Below, one piece after another: positions 10,549 to 25,054 of a DNA stretch of 64,000 bases. This DNA comes from Vulcanimicrobiota bacterium. GTDB taxonomy: Bacteria > Vulcanimicrobiota > Vulcanimicrobiia > Vulcanimicrobiales > Vulcanimicrobiaceae. How positions within the stretch are numbered: position 1 is the stretch's first letter; every line of letters begins with the position of its first letter. The translations under genes and the position numbers were made by a program. The notes beneath the pieces are model-generated. The model ran no database searches, was not told the DNA's origin, and was given only the letters and a program-made list of their open reading frames with translations. Location of the stretch: NCBI GenBank assembly GCA_963714015.1, contig OY970223.1, forward strand, positions 2,048,001 to 2,112,000. The letters are read 5' to 3'.

Positions 10549-12717
10549 TTACTGCATGAGTTTCTTGGTAAAGTACGTCCATTCGAGCGCCGAGGTATGG
10601 GCGCGTTCCTTCAGGTTTGCGCCCGCCCCATGGCCGCCTTCGGTAACTTCATAGAAGAGATACGGCACGCCCATCGAGGCAAGTTTTGCGGCGAACTTAC
10701 GGGCATGCTGCGGGCCTACGCGATCGTCTTTCGTCGTGGTCCAAATGAACGGTTCGGGATAGGCGACTCCGGCGCGCAAATTGTTGTAAGGCGAGATCTT
10801 GGCCAAGAAGGCGCGTTCGACCGGATTGGCAACGCTGCCGTACTCCCCTACCCACGATGCGCCGGCCTCGATCTTCTCGTAGCGCAGCATGTCCAGCAGC
10901 GGCACTTGAATATCGACGGCGTTCCACATGTCGGGATGCTGGGTGAATTCGACTCCCATGAGCAGACCGCCGTTGGAACCTCCTTCGATCCCCAAATATC
11001 GCGGCGAAGTAATGTTTCTCGTCACGAGATCCTTGCCCACTGCGTAGAAGTCGTCGTAGATACGCTGGCGATGCGTTTTCAGACCGGCCTCATGCCAGGC
11101 GGGCCCGAACTCGCCGCCGCCTCGGATGTTCGCGAGTACAAACACGCCTCCGTGCTCCAGCCACAGTTTGCCCAGTACGCCGGAGTAGAACGGCGTCATG
11201 GAGATTTGAAAACCGCCGTACGCGTTGAGAACGGTTGGATTTCGCCCGTTGAGCTGCATGTTCTTGGGATGGACGATGAAATACGGAATTTTGGTTCCGT
11301 CTTTCGAGGTCGCCTCGTGCTGTTCGACGACGTCGCTGGACGCATCGAATTCGGCGGGAAGCGATTTTTCCACAGTCGCGGTATCTTGCGCGGTATTGAC
11401 CGCCCAGAGCGTTGTGGGATTCAGGAAACTCGTCACCTCGACGAACGCGTTGCCGCCGCGCAAATCGGTGTCGACCAGGCTGACGGCGGCGTTGTCCGGC
11501 AGATCGAGACGGTGTGCGCTCCAAGTACCGTTCGCTTGGGGCGTGAAGACGACGGCGCGGCCGCGCACGTTCTGATAGAGCGTCACGAGCAGCTGCGAAC
11601 GGGTGGCGTTCACGGCGTCGATCGATTCCCGCGGTCCGGGATTGTAGACCACTGTTGGTTTCAACTTCTGCGGATCGGCTTTTACCGCGGCGAGATCGAC
11701 CGAGAGCAGCGCACCCGCCGCAAAATGCTTGCCGTCAGCGTCCCACGCTTGATTCGGCGTGAAGACGAGCCGTCCGTCGACGAGCGATTGAATGTTGGTC
11801 TTCAGCGGGATGTTCACGCGTTCGATTCCCGCCGGTGCGACCAGGTAGTATTGGTTGGTGAAGAAGGTCGTGCCTCGGCCGATCAGCGTTACCGAGTCGC
11901 CCGTTCCGTCGTGCATCGTGAAAGCGGAGGTGCTTACGTCGCTTTTCTGTCCGCGGAAAATTTCGACCGCGCTGCTGAGCGGCTGACCGCGTTTGAGGCG
12001 TTTGACGATATAGGCGTAGCCCGAGGTGGTGAGATCGCCGGGATTCCACTCACGCGAGACGAGCAGCGTATTTTGATCGATCCAGTCGGCTTGCTGCTTT
12101 CCGCGCGGCAGCACGAATCCGCCGGCAACGAATCGGCGAGTGCGCAAGTCGAATTCGCGAATCGTGACCGCGTCTTCGCCGCCGTCCGAAAGTGAGATTA
12201 GGCAGCGCCGCTCCGCCGGCCAATTGCAGTTTGCGCCTTCCCAAACCCAGTTTGCCTTCTCGGCTTTCGCGAGCGCGTCCAGGTCGAGCACCGTTGTCCA
12301 CTGCGGCGAACCGCCGGCATAGCTGGCCGGCGTCGTGCGGCGCCAAATCCCGCGCACGTGCGTATCGTCTTGCCAAAAATTATAGATGTCGCCGCCGATG
12401 AACGAAGGCGTCGGTATACGGCCCTTCGCTTGAGCCACTTTGAGCGCGTCGGCGTACAGCGCCGCGTAATGCGGATCGCCTTGCAGCACCGGGAGCGTCT
12501 TGGCGTTTTGCTCTCGCACCCACGCCATTGCCCGGGCGCCGTCCTTGTCCTCGAGCCAAAGGAATGGATCGCTTCCGTTCGGGCCGGCGGCCGGCGCTTT
12601 TGCAACGAACGTTTGTGCCGGATAATTCGCAGCCAGTGCGGGCAATGCCGCCACTGAAGCAAGCAATACAATAGCGACGGACGATCTTACGCTCTTCATG
12701 ATCGTAGCGTTCGACAT
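10549..12717 (-). CDS. Prolyl oligopeptidase (S9A), secreted
   Basis: DPFLWLE, NIRGGGEFG, GGSNGG, DDRV, GGHG; signal peptide. Confidence 0.93.
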   Translation of the reverse strand: MSNATIMKSVRSSVAIVLLASVAALPALAANYPAQTFVAKAPAAGPNGSDPFLWLEDKDGARAMAWVREQNAKTLPVLQGDPHYAALYADALKVAQAKGRIPTPSFIGGDIYNFWQDDTHVRGIWRRTTPASYAGGSPQWTTVLDLDALAKAEKANWVWEGANCNWPAERRCLISLSDGGEDAVTIREFDLRTRRFVAGGFVLPRGKQQADWIDQNTLLVSREWNPGDLTTSGYAYIVKRLKRGQPLSSAVEIFRGQKSDVSTSAFTMHDGTGDSVTLIGRGTTFFTNQYYLVAPAGIERVNIPLKTNIQSLVDGRLVFTPNQAWDADGKHFAAGALLSVDLAAVKADPQKLKPTVVYNPGPRESIDAVNATRSQLLVTLYQNVRGRAVVFTPQANGTWSAHRLDLPDNAAVSLVDTDLRGGNAFVEVTSFLNPTTLWAVNTAQDTATVEKSLPAEFDASSDVVEQHEATSKDGTKIPYFIVHPKNMQLNGRNPTVLNAYGGFQISMTPFYSGVLGKLWLEHGGVFVLANIRGGGEFGPAWHEAGLKTHRQRIYDDFYAVGKDLVTRNITSPRYLGIEGGSNGGLLMGVEFTQHPDMWNAVDIQVPLLDMLRYEKIEAGASWVGEYGSVANPVERAFLAKISPYNNLRAGVAYPEPFIWTTTKDDRVGPQHARKFAAKLASMGVPYLFYEVTEGGHGAGANLKERAHTSALEWTYFTKKLMQ

Positions 12718-12743
12718 AGACGATTGGCCGCCTCGGGCGGCGG

Positions 12744-13130
12744 CTAGTTGCGGGGACGGATGGGGAGAACGACGCGGACGGTTTTGCCGTTGTTGAGGAT
12801 TGGTTCGATGTCGATGTGTTCCGCCAGCGCGCTGACCAGGAAGAGCCCGCGCCCGCTTTCCGCCAGCGGATTTACCGGAAGCGACGGATTGAACTGAAAC
12901 ACCGGACCGTGATCTTCGACGCAGAGGATCGCTTCGTCGTAGTTCCAATCGAGCACGACCCGAATGCTACCCGGCGCATGACGTACGACGTTGCCGATCA
13001 GTTCCCCGAAGATCGTTTCACATGCGTTATAATCGCCGTCGCTCTCACCTTTGAGCTTGAGCGCACTTAGGAATTGCTCTCGAGCGCGAGTCGCTCGTTT
13101 TGCATCGGAAGAAGAAAAAGTCCAGAGCAC
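12744..13130 (-). CDS. RsbW-like anti-sigma factor / HATPase_c protein
   Basis: ELIGNVVRHA, VEDHG, SGRGLFLV. Confidence 0.85.
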   Translation of the reverse strand: MLWTFSSSDAKRATRAREQFLSALKLKGESDGDYNACETIFGELIGNVVRHAPGSIRVVLDWNYDEAILCVEDHGPVFQFNPSLPVNPLAESGRGLFLVSALAEHIDIEPILNNGKTVRVVLPIRPRN

Positions 13131-13171
13131 GGCTGGGCATACGTTTTCTGCCCTTGTGAAAACTCCTTATC

Positions 13172-15146
13172 TTACGGATGCGGGAATCCGGCGTCGTCAT
13201 ACGCTTTCGGATCCAGCAAGTACGTCTCACCGAAAAGCGACGCGGCCCAAACTGTACCATCACTTCGTGCCGCCGCCCCTTCGGGAGCTTTGGGGAGCCA
13301 ATATCGCGTTACGGCGCCGGAAGTGGTAACGTTCGCAATGTCGCCGTACGTTGACTCGGGCACCCACAAGGAGCCGTCCGGTCCTACGGTTATGTCTGAG
13401 ATGCCCGGAGCGCCGCGCCCGTCGTCCAGATCGAATGCACGCACCAAACCCTTCGGGGAAACAGATCCGACGTATCGGTCGCCGTCGACCCACCAGATAG
13501 AGCCGTCGTTGCGGTTCAACGCCATTTTCCAAATCGTCGTGGGAAGCGCGCGCAGAGGGATCGGAGGCAAGATGGTTCCGGAAACGTTGATGCGTCCCAT
13601 CGCCGCCGGCTTACTGCCGCTTGCCGGCATGTAGAACCAAAGATTCCCGCCCGGGCCGGTTGCGATCGCGTGCGGCTGCCGGGCACTCGCCCGATCGGTA
13701 ATGCGAAATTGCTGAACTGTCCCGGTCGCCGCGTTGATGAAGCCGACAGCGCCGCCGTTTGAATCGAATAATGTGAACCATACGTTGTCGTCCGGTCCGA
13801 GTGTGATGCCGCCGATACTTCCGCCCGCCGAGACGTAGTCGGTGATCGGATACCCGGAGACGCTGCCGTCCGGGCGCACTTCGATCAGTGCGGGCTGGAT
13901 GGCGGTGTGACCGTACGTTCCGGAAATCCATGCGTCGCCGGATGCGTCGACGACGACACTCTGTAAGTTGCCGAAATTCGCCGGAGCTGCGTATTCGGCG
14001 ATGTTGCCCTTCTTACCGACCTTCAGAACCTTGTTTGCGCCGCTTTCAACGACCCACGCGCTCTGATTGCGCGCCGTCACGATGCCTTGAGGCTCCGCGG
14101 GAATCGACGGCATTTCGAAACGGGACGCGGGGCTGGCTCTGGGCGCGGGAGTCGGACCAGTCGTCGTGAGCGAAGCGGTGACGTAAGTTCCGTGCAGTTG
14201 CGGCGCGGTCTGGCAGAATTCAATCTCGTCCATATCGGAGTTGTACGCGATCCAACGCGGACTCTCGATGAACGAGAAAAAGCCGTCACCGTTTCTGAAA
14301 AGCGGCGCGCCGAATCCCGCAATCGGCGCGGCGTATTTGTTTGCGTCCACTCTCCAGATTTCGCCGTCTTCCTGATCCGCGACGTAGAGCACGCCGTTTT
14401 GCGTATCGAATGCGATGCCGTCCGGCTGGCCGAAAACGGCAGCGGTTCCATTTCCCGGCCGTGTTTCCCGGCCAGCACGGCGCTATTCCGTTCGGCCCTT
14501 CCGGTACGCAATGTCCCGCAAACGTGGAAACGGCGCCGCTTGCGGTTACCAGATAGATGACGTCGGAGGTAGCATCGGCGACGTAAAACATTCCCGCTTC
14601 ACCCATCGCGATCGCCGGCGGCGGCTCACCCTGTTGCGGGGCTGGGATCGTTCCGGGAGCGGTAACGGTCTTAGGAGCGCCGGACCAAACCGTTGCGACG
14701 TGATCGTAATCGACGACGTAAGGCAGACCGGCGGCATCCGTCGTGAGCGCTTCGATCTGTTTGAATCCGGCCGCAATCCTAGACACGCCCCCCGTTCGTG
14801 GCGCCTGATACACGGCCGTTCGACTCGAGAAAACGAACGCGCGCAGCGCGCGGCTGTACGCAACGCCCGTGATGAGCTGTCCCGGATCGGTCGAGGGGAG
14901 CGCAATCGGCAAGGCGTCCCCGCTCAGTGTCCAGAGCCGGGCTCCGAGGGCGACGACCGCCATGTGGTCGTCGCGATCATACGCGATCGGCCCGCCAATG
15001 TTGGCCCTCAAGCGTACGTCATAAATGGGACGGGAATGTGCCGCGCGGATCGCGTCCGCCTGCGGAATCGGCGCTATGCCGGCGCGTCCGCCGCCGCACC
15101 CTGCGAGAAGCACAAAACCCAACCCGACGCACCAGCCCGCCCGCAT
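13172..15146 (-). CDS. Lipoprotein with NHL-repeat and Vgb-like beta-propellers (indel at about 14450)
   Basis: Lipobox LLAGC; LYVAD repeats followed by GPDDNVWF/GPGGNLWF/GPDGSLW repeats. Confidence 0.8.
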
Positions 15147-15239
15147 ATCGCTCCTCCCGGTACGAAAACGCCCTGCCGAAAGTACGCGCAAGCAGGCGCT
15201 CGAGCCTGGCAAGCGAGAGGAGGGCTGCACCCGCTGCAG

Positions 15240-15268
15240 TTGCACTGCACGGGCCAAGCCGGTATACT
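15240..15268 (+). promoter_or_regulatory. Sigma70-type promoter for rpoC
   Basis: TTGCAC-17 bp-TATACT, about 170 nt upstream of the start. Confidence 0.65.
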
Positions 15269-15440
15269 AGTGGACTGTGCCCGGGCCCGGCGGACGCGCC
15301 GCGGCACCAGCTTAAGGCAGCGGTGGGACGGCTTACGAGACAACGTGAGAACCGCGATCCCTGCGCAAGCCGCGGCCGGTATGGGCATCCAGCCTTCGAC
15401 GGGTTCAGGCTCCTTCGCAGGCACGGGATGACAGAAACAC

Positions 15441-19272
<3,832 letters not shown>

Positions 19273-19293
19273 CGCCAGCTACGGGCGAGGAAA

Positions 19294-19331
19294 GGAATGA
19301 GCCGCGGTTTGCACCGCGGCTCTTCCGTTTT
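19294..19331 (+). terminator. Intrinsic terminator after rpoC
   Basis: GAGCCGCGGT-TTGC-ACCGCGGCTC followed by TTCCGTTTT. Confidence 0.8.
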
Positions 19332-19400
19332 AACGGCTCAAACCTCAGGGCCCCACTCGTGTCTGAGCTTCGAGCAGCGATGGTTCGCCGGGCGAGGACT

Positions 19401-20017
19401 CTACCAATAGGCGGGATTGATCTTTCCAAAGCCGCCGTCGTACTGGGTGGCATTGTCACCGTAGAATAGAATGCCGGCCGAGTCGATCGTCATCGTATCG
19501 GGATCTGCGTAGGTATACTTGTGAGGAAGAATGGGCCACTCGACGACTGTGCCGTTCGGCGACACGCGTCCGACGGATTGCGTTACCGAATCTCCGTAGT
19601 AGAGATTGCCGGACGCGTCCATCGCGCAACCGGCCGCAGTGGCGTAGTCTACACCGAGATTGGCAGGGTACGATGCGACGTACTGCCCATCCGTGTTGAA
19701 CGTTACAATGGAAGGCGCGGACAGCCCGGGCGGCATGATCGACCAAAAATTGCCGTCTTTTCCGACGCAGAAATCGCCCGCACCCTGGGGCAGCTGCGGA
19801 ATGGAGTATGCGGTAACCCCTCCAGCAGTCGTCACTTTTGCGACCTCGTAGCCGTCTGCGATCCACAAATTGCGATCGGGACCTACTACTATCGTTGTGG
19901 GCGGATATAAGTCGGGAAGATGGTAGAACGCCATGGTGCCGTCCTGCGTAACGCGGCCAACGTTTGAGTAGCCGGTTTCGCCCGTGTTGTTCGTGAACCA
20001 AACGGGTGCGTCGTCTC
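19401..20017 (-). pseudogene. 3' fragment of a Vgb-like propeller gene
   Basis: VWFTN, GPDRNLW and GKDGNFW repeats; no signal peptide or 5' part. Confidence 0.7.
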
Positions 20018-20018
20018 C

Positions 20019-20282
20019 GTGAAAAAATATACGGCGTCGCCGGTTCCAAACGTGTGGGACGTGTTCTCCGATCAGAACGGCGTTTGGGTCGCCGACTACA
20101 ACTACGGGGTTGTTCGAATCGCTCCGGACGGAACGGTAGCAGAATTCCCAACGTTCGCCGCTAATTCGGTTCCGGAAAGTGTGACCACAAACGCCGGCAA
20201 CCTGTATTTCGCCGACACGATTTCCGAGGGCTCCGAAAACTATGTCGGCGGCTTCGGATCGGTGCTCGAATCGAACTGGTAG
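20019..20282 (+). pseudogene. 3' fragment of a second Vgb-like propeller gene
   Basis: GVWVADY...GVVRIAPDGTVAEF...GNLYFAD; about two blades only. Confidence 0.65.
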
Positions 20283-20303
20283 AGCTCCGCCGAGGGCCAG
20301 TGT

Positions 20304-21569
20304 CTACCGGAGACGGAGCTGTGCTTCGATGCCCTGCCAAACCGTCCGCGTCGTAGCACGGCTTACGTCGTTCTCCTTAGCGAACCGTCGAAAGTCGCCG
20401 ACTGCGGCAATCACGTCCTCAACGATGTGCTCGCAGCGGTGTGCCCGACGGAAAAGATAGTCGTGCGCGACCCGGAGCACGTCCGCGCGCCGAATGTCTT
20501 TTCCCAAACCGTTTACGGCTAGATAATGCTCGCCGCCCGGGCCGCGCGAATAGGTCAAGTCGTAGGCCGGCGCGAGCGTCCATCGGCCGGAGTCGTCCAT
20601 CAAGAACGCGTGCTGCTTGGGGTGATCGTCCCGGTTGTGAGCGAACACGTTGAACGTCATGCGACGGACGATCTGCTCAATCGCGCGCGCGTCCGCGGTG
20701 ACGCGCTGCGTTAACCGCAGCAGGGTTTGATAATCGATTACACCGGGCTGCGCCCACGGAAGGTCGAGCATTCCCGCTGCGGAGAGCACGTGCATGCGCC
20801 GGTTGCCCGCGGCGCGATCGAACCTTTTGGTCGCAAAGTATCCCGGACCGGTGTGTGAGGAGATCAGCCGCGTGTCGCTCATTATTATTCCTGCGGCGCG
20901 GGCCATCGCGGCATACGCGCACTCGAGCGGGCCGACATCGGCCAGGTCCGCGGCGCTACTGCGGAACTTGACCAGCAACGCCTCGTAACCGTCGGGGATA
21001 GACTCGGCGCCGGCGATCATGCGTCCATCGGTGTTCATGGCAACGAGCACTTTGGGGCGCGCGCCTCCGGACGAGCCGCCCAACGCTTGGAGCTGCGACA
21101 ACACCGCCGTGTCACTACCATCGATCACCGCGCCGAGCTGACTCTCGAGCGCATCCAGGTCCAGTTGCTGGTCTCGCTGCATCGAGTCGAGTGGCGATTC
21201 CGGTTCATAGGTGAGCGCACCCATGCCGCGAGAACCGATAATCGCCAGAACGTCCAACGGTGAGAGGTTCGCCGGGATCTTGCCTTGTTCGGCGATGCGC
21301 CGATCGATAAGAAGCCGCCCCCAAGCATCCGGCAGCGAATCCCCAAAGACGCCGTGCAGCCCGTCGAACGCGCGAGGATCCTTCGCCCGAATCGGCCCTG
21401 GTCGAGGGGCATCCAGCAGCGGGTTGATCCGTAGACCACTCGCAATGAAATCCTGCGCATATTCAAAAACAGCAAGACCGCGATCCATTGCAAGGCGTCC
21501 CACTGGAACGCGACGGCCGGGCGCAAAGGTTAGGAACGCGCGTAGCGCTTGGCCGGCCGGAACGATCAT
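20304..21569 (-). CDS. hipA: HipA family kinase toxin
   Basis: GVFGDSLPDAWGR, GGSSGGARPK, TKRFDR, NRDDHPKQ, LAPAYDL. Confidence 0.92.
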   Translation of the reverse strand: MIVPAGQALRAFLTFAPGRRVPVGRLAMDRGLAVFEYAQDFIASGLRINPLLDAPRPGPIRAKDPRAFDGLHGVFGDSLPDAWGRLLIDRRIAEQGKIPANLSPLDVLAIIGSRGMGALTYEPESPLDSMQRDQQLDLDALESQLGAVIDGSDTAVLSQLQALGGSSGGARPKVLVAMNTDGRMIAGAESIPDGYEALLVKFRSSAADLADVGPLECAYAAMARAAGIIMSDTRLISSHTGPGYFATKRFDRAAGNRRMHVLSAAGMLDLPWAQPGVIDYQTLLRLTQRVTADARAIEQIVRRMTFNVFAHNRDDHPKQHAFLMDDSGRWTLAPAYDLTYSRGPGGEHYLAVNGLGKDIRRADVLRVAHDYLFRRAHRCEHIVEDVIAAVGDFRRFAKENDVSRATTRTVWQGIEAQLRLR

Positions 21570-21898
21570 CGGCGCGCGCGCGCGACGCGGGTGGGCGCCT
21601 TACGCGCGGTTACTTCTAATACTTGATCGACGGTGGGCGTTTCGGACTCCCGGAACAGAGTCGCAAGGGTTTCCACCGATCGTAAGGCAAGGGCGACCCG
21701 AACTAAGATATCGGTTCCTACCGGTTCGCCTGCCTCCATGCGCACGATCGTCTTACGGCCGACGCCGGCGGCGGCCGCCAGTTCCGCCTGGGTTATCCTG
21801 CGTCGAATACGCAGCGCCTTCGCCTGGTTGCCAACGCGGGCGAGAATCTCCGCGGGCGCAAGGAGTGGAAGGGCCATGTCTGATACATTGAGTCTCAT
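21566..21898 (-). CDS. XRE-family HTH antitoxin (HipB-like)
   Basis: ITQAELAAAAGVGRKTIVRMEAG; 4-bp overlap with hipA. Confidence 0.85.
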   Translation of the reverse strand: MRLNVSDMALPLLAPAEILARVGNQAKALRIRRRITQAELAAAAGVGRKTIVRMEAGEPVGTDILVRVALALRSVETLATLFRESETPTVDQVLEVTARKAPTRVARARR

Positions 21899-21927
21899 TA
21901 CTGCGTGTAATGTATCATATATGATCC
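21881..21927. promoter_or_regulatory. Putative hipBA operator
   Basis: Inverted repeat TGATACATT...AATGTATCA plus palindrome ATCATATATGAT at the operon start. Confidence 0.55.
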
Positions 21928-21932
21928 ACTAA

Positions 21933-22386
<454 letters not shown>

Positions 22387-22403
22387 GCCCGCCCCCCCCG
22401 AGC

Positions 22404-22826
22404 CTACGTAACCGCCACGGCAGCACCGCCCGGCGTGCCCTTCTGATTATCGCCCCATTTGTTCGGCCCAGGCTCGCTATCCGTGCAGTTGAAGATGAGA
22501 AGTACGATCGCCCCAGCCAGAGGTATGAGCGCGATAAAATACCACCACCCGCTTTTTCCAACGTCGTGGAGACGGCGGACCTGGACGGCGATTCCAGGAA
22601 TGAACGTTGCCAAACCGTAGATATTCACCGGCGTAGACGCCGTGTTAAACGCACCGACGAACTGCTGATCGAAGGTGCCGCTCCAGCCGCGCATGACCAG
22701 CAGCACCGGAATCAACATAACGGCCGAGATCAAGAAGTTGATCAACGAGAACATCCAATACTCGGTGCGCGTCGATCGACCGCGAAAATCGACATAGCGC
22801 CGCAAGCAGCGAACGTACCACTTCAT
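22404..22826 (-). CDS. DUF805 (YhaH-like) membrane protein
   Basis: YVDFRGRSTRTEYW, VRRLHDVGKSGW, PGPNKWG. Confidence 0.9.
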   Translation of the reverse strand: MKWYVRCLRRYVDFRGRSTRTEYWMFSLINFLISAVMLIPVLLVMRGWSGTFDQQFVGAFNTASTPVNIYGLATFIPGIAVQVRRLHDVGKSGWWYFIALIPLAGAIVLLIFNCTDSEPGPNKWGDNQKGTPGGAAVAVT

Positions 22827-22839
22827 TCGTGGCCTCGCC

Positions 22840-23310
22840 TCATCGCGGCTGCGGCCGTATCGATCTCGTGACGCGCATTTGCGGCGAGCCGCTCCCGTTC
22901 ACGACGTTGACGTAAACCTTCACCGTTCGAGCGTGCGCATCCGTAATCGAAAGCGTGCAGGAGCCCACCGCGGCCGGATTTACCTGAATGTTATGATCGA
23001 ATCCGCTCTCGACGGACGCAGTGCAAACGGACGAATTGGATGGGGTCACGGTAAACGGTCCGCTGTTCCCGGTCTCGCCGATGCCGATAAGCCCCGGCGG
23101 GAACGGATTACCGCCGGCGTCGCTGCTGTACAGCTTCAGCGTGTTCGACGGATAGACAGCCCACTTAGACGACAGCGTCACGTGCTCAATGCAGCCGACT
23201 TGCCGTACCGTGTAGCAACCGACCCAAGGCGACCCGACCTTGTCGACCACGATACCGCCGAACGCCCTGGGAATGAGCGGCAAAATGGTCATGTGCTTGG
23301 TGGCCGTATC
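22840..23310 (-). pseudogene. 3' fragment of a propeller plus Ig-like surface-protein gene
   Basis: GGIVVDKVGSPWVG blade, then a beta-rich domain (SNSSVCT...VGSCTLSITDAH); 5' part absent. Confidence 0.55.
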
Positions 23311-23344
23311 ATGACACGAAAATTGAGCACCTTGCCCGCAAGCT

Positions 23345-23640
23345 GTTATCGGAGCTTCGTGTTCGTTACCATTCACCGGATAAATCTGCCAGGCACCCCG
23401 AATCTTTTTATGCCGTGGCTTCGTGTTGCCGTGTTCGTAAATGGGTGCTTCTGGCATGGCCATAACGCAAGCGTGGATCCGCACTGACCATCAGGAATCG
23501 GCCTTACTGGGTGAACAACATACGCACGAATGTGGAACGTGACCGCTCCGTACGCGGGTCGCTGCAGACACTCGGTGATCGGCTCAGTTAGTTCTCTGGA
23601 AATGCTAGGCGAAAGGGCTCGAACGCGCATGTGATGGCTT
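23345..23640 (+). pseudogene. vsr: Vsr endonuclease remnant
   Basis: LPGTPNL...AVFVNGCFWHGH; after a break, NRPYWVNNIRTNVERDR; N-terminus missing. Confidence 0.75.
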
Positions 23641-23753
23641 GGCCCCCGCTTATCATCAAGCCGATAACCGTTGATAGTTCAGGTGCACCAGGCCGTTCGG
23701 GCCAGGGCGCTGCGCTGGGAGGGAAAAAACCACCGTCCGCCCTAGTTACGAGT

Positions 23754-23915
23754 GTGCCAACGAGTTATTACGTCTACAATTGCCTAAGGTGTGGTAAGGA
23801 ACACAAGCTTCGGTTCAAGCCGAAGGAAGAGTATTGCAGTGTATGCTTTCATGATATCAAATTCGAACGCATGAAAGCGGCCGAGGAAAAAAGGACACGG
23901 AAGGGCCCAAGGTAG
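23754..23915 (+). CDS. Small zinc-ribbon protein
   Basis: CLRC-x12-CSVC; start uncertain. Confidence 0.45.
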   Translation: MPTSYYVYNCLRCGKEHKLRFKPKEEYCSVCFHDIKFERMKAAEEKRTRKGPR

Positions 23916-24282
23916 ACTTAAGAACAGCCGGGTCCGGTTCGAGAGCCCAAGCCAGCGTGGATGTAACGCGGGTGCGCTCCCTCTGAATCGCGGCCGGTTG
24001 GAGAAGCCGCTTAGGCTGCTGAATGTCGAAAGCTTTGTCTGCCATGTGGGATTAGCGATTATCCAGCCGATGCTCTCTTACAGTTGCGGTTTGCTTTAAG
24101 ACCTTATTAGAAGCCGGCGGCCAGCATACTCGAACGACCGGGTACTTTTGTCCGCTCGTAAGCCGAAGCGACCCTTCGCGCAGTTGCGACAGTCGAAGAT
24201 TGCTCCAACCCTACCGGGCGTGTGCCTGTGGTCCGAGCGCCAATGTTCATAAACCCGCCCGCGTGCTATTAGCGAACGCGGC

Positions 24283-24534
24283 CTACGCTCGCCTCTTGCG
24301 GTCCGCGCGCTCCGCGCGGTCGATCAGCCGTGAGAGACATAATCCTAATGCTAGTGATATTCGGAATAGATTTTCCAATTTTGGGTTCGCTGTGTCGCCC
24401 GCTTCTATCTTCTGGTAATGGCGGACGCTTACACCGGCCTCGAATGCAACCGCCTCCTGACTGAGTCCGGCCTCCTGGCGTATTGAACGAATTACCTTAG
24501 AGACGGACCGAGCGAAATCGTCGTATTCCCTCAT
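24283..24534 (-). CDS. XRE HTH regulator, possible RM controller (C) protein
   Basis: GLSQEAVAFEAGVSVRHYQKIEAG..NPKLENLFRISLAL; divergent from the MTase. Confidence 0.8.
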   Translation of the reverse strand: MREYDDFARSVSKVIRSIRQEAGLSQEAVAFEAGVSVRHYQKIEAGDTANPKLENLFRISLALGLCLSRLIDRAERADRKRRA

Positions 24535-25054
24535 GACGTCATTGTTACATATGCCGCGTCCTGCGAGACACGATATAAATGACGCGTCGCCAGGAACGTG
24601 GGGGAACGACATAGAATCGCTCATTCCAATGGTTAAATCACAGCCAATTGGAGGGTTGGATGCTTAGCGACCGGACGCCACCTGGGCAGTGCTGGCTTTG
24701 CAGAGAGCACCGCCGGAGGGCTTATGCTGGTTCGACCCTCGAAATACAGGAGCCCCCAGATATCGCGCCGAACGTAAGTTCGCCCACAAGATGTGGGGAC
24801 CGTGCGAAATGCGGCTGGACCCAGATCGAGGCGGATACGGAGGCTTTCTCATGGGGAGATTTCCGACCCTAAGTGGTTGACTTTTGGAACGAGCGCCTAT
24901 TTCTGCGAAGCGACGGCGTTACGATAGACATCAAAAGGTTGCGCTGCCAACGATTGGCGCTCGCAGCTGCCACGACGAGCGAATCGCTGCAGTCGCTACT
25001 GCGCGTGGAGTCTGTGTAAGTCGCGGCGCCACAATTATGGTTGCGCAAGTATGA

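Noticed and set aside
10597..12195. Long antisense ORFs (also 15405-16418, 17148-18107, 53719-54852)
   Set aside because: Shadow frames of well-supported genes in GC-rich DNA.
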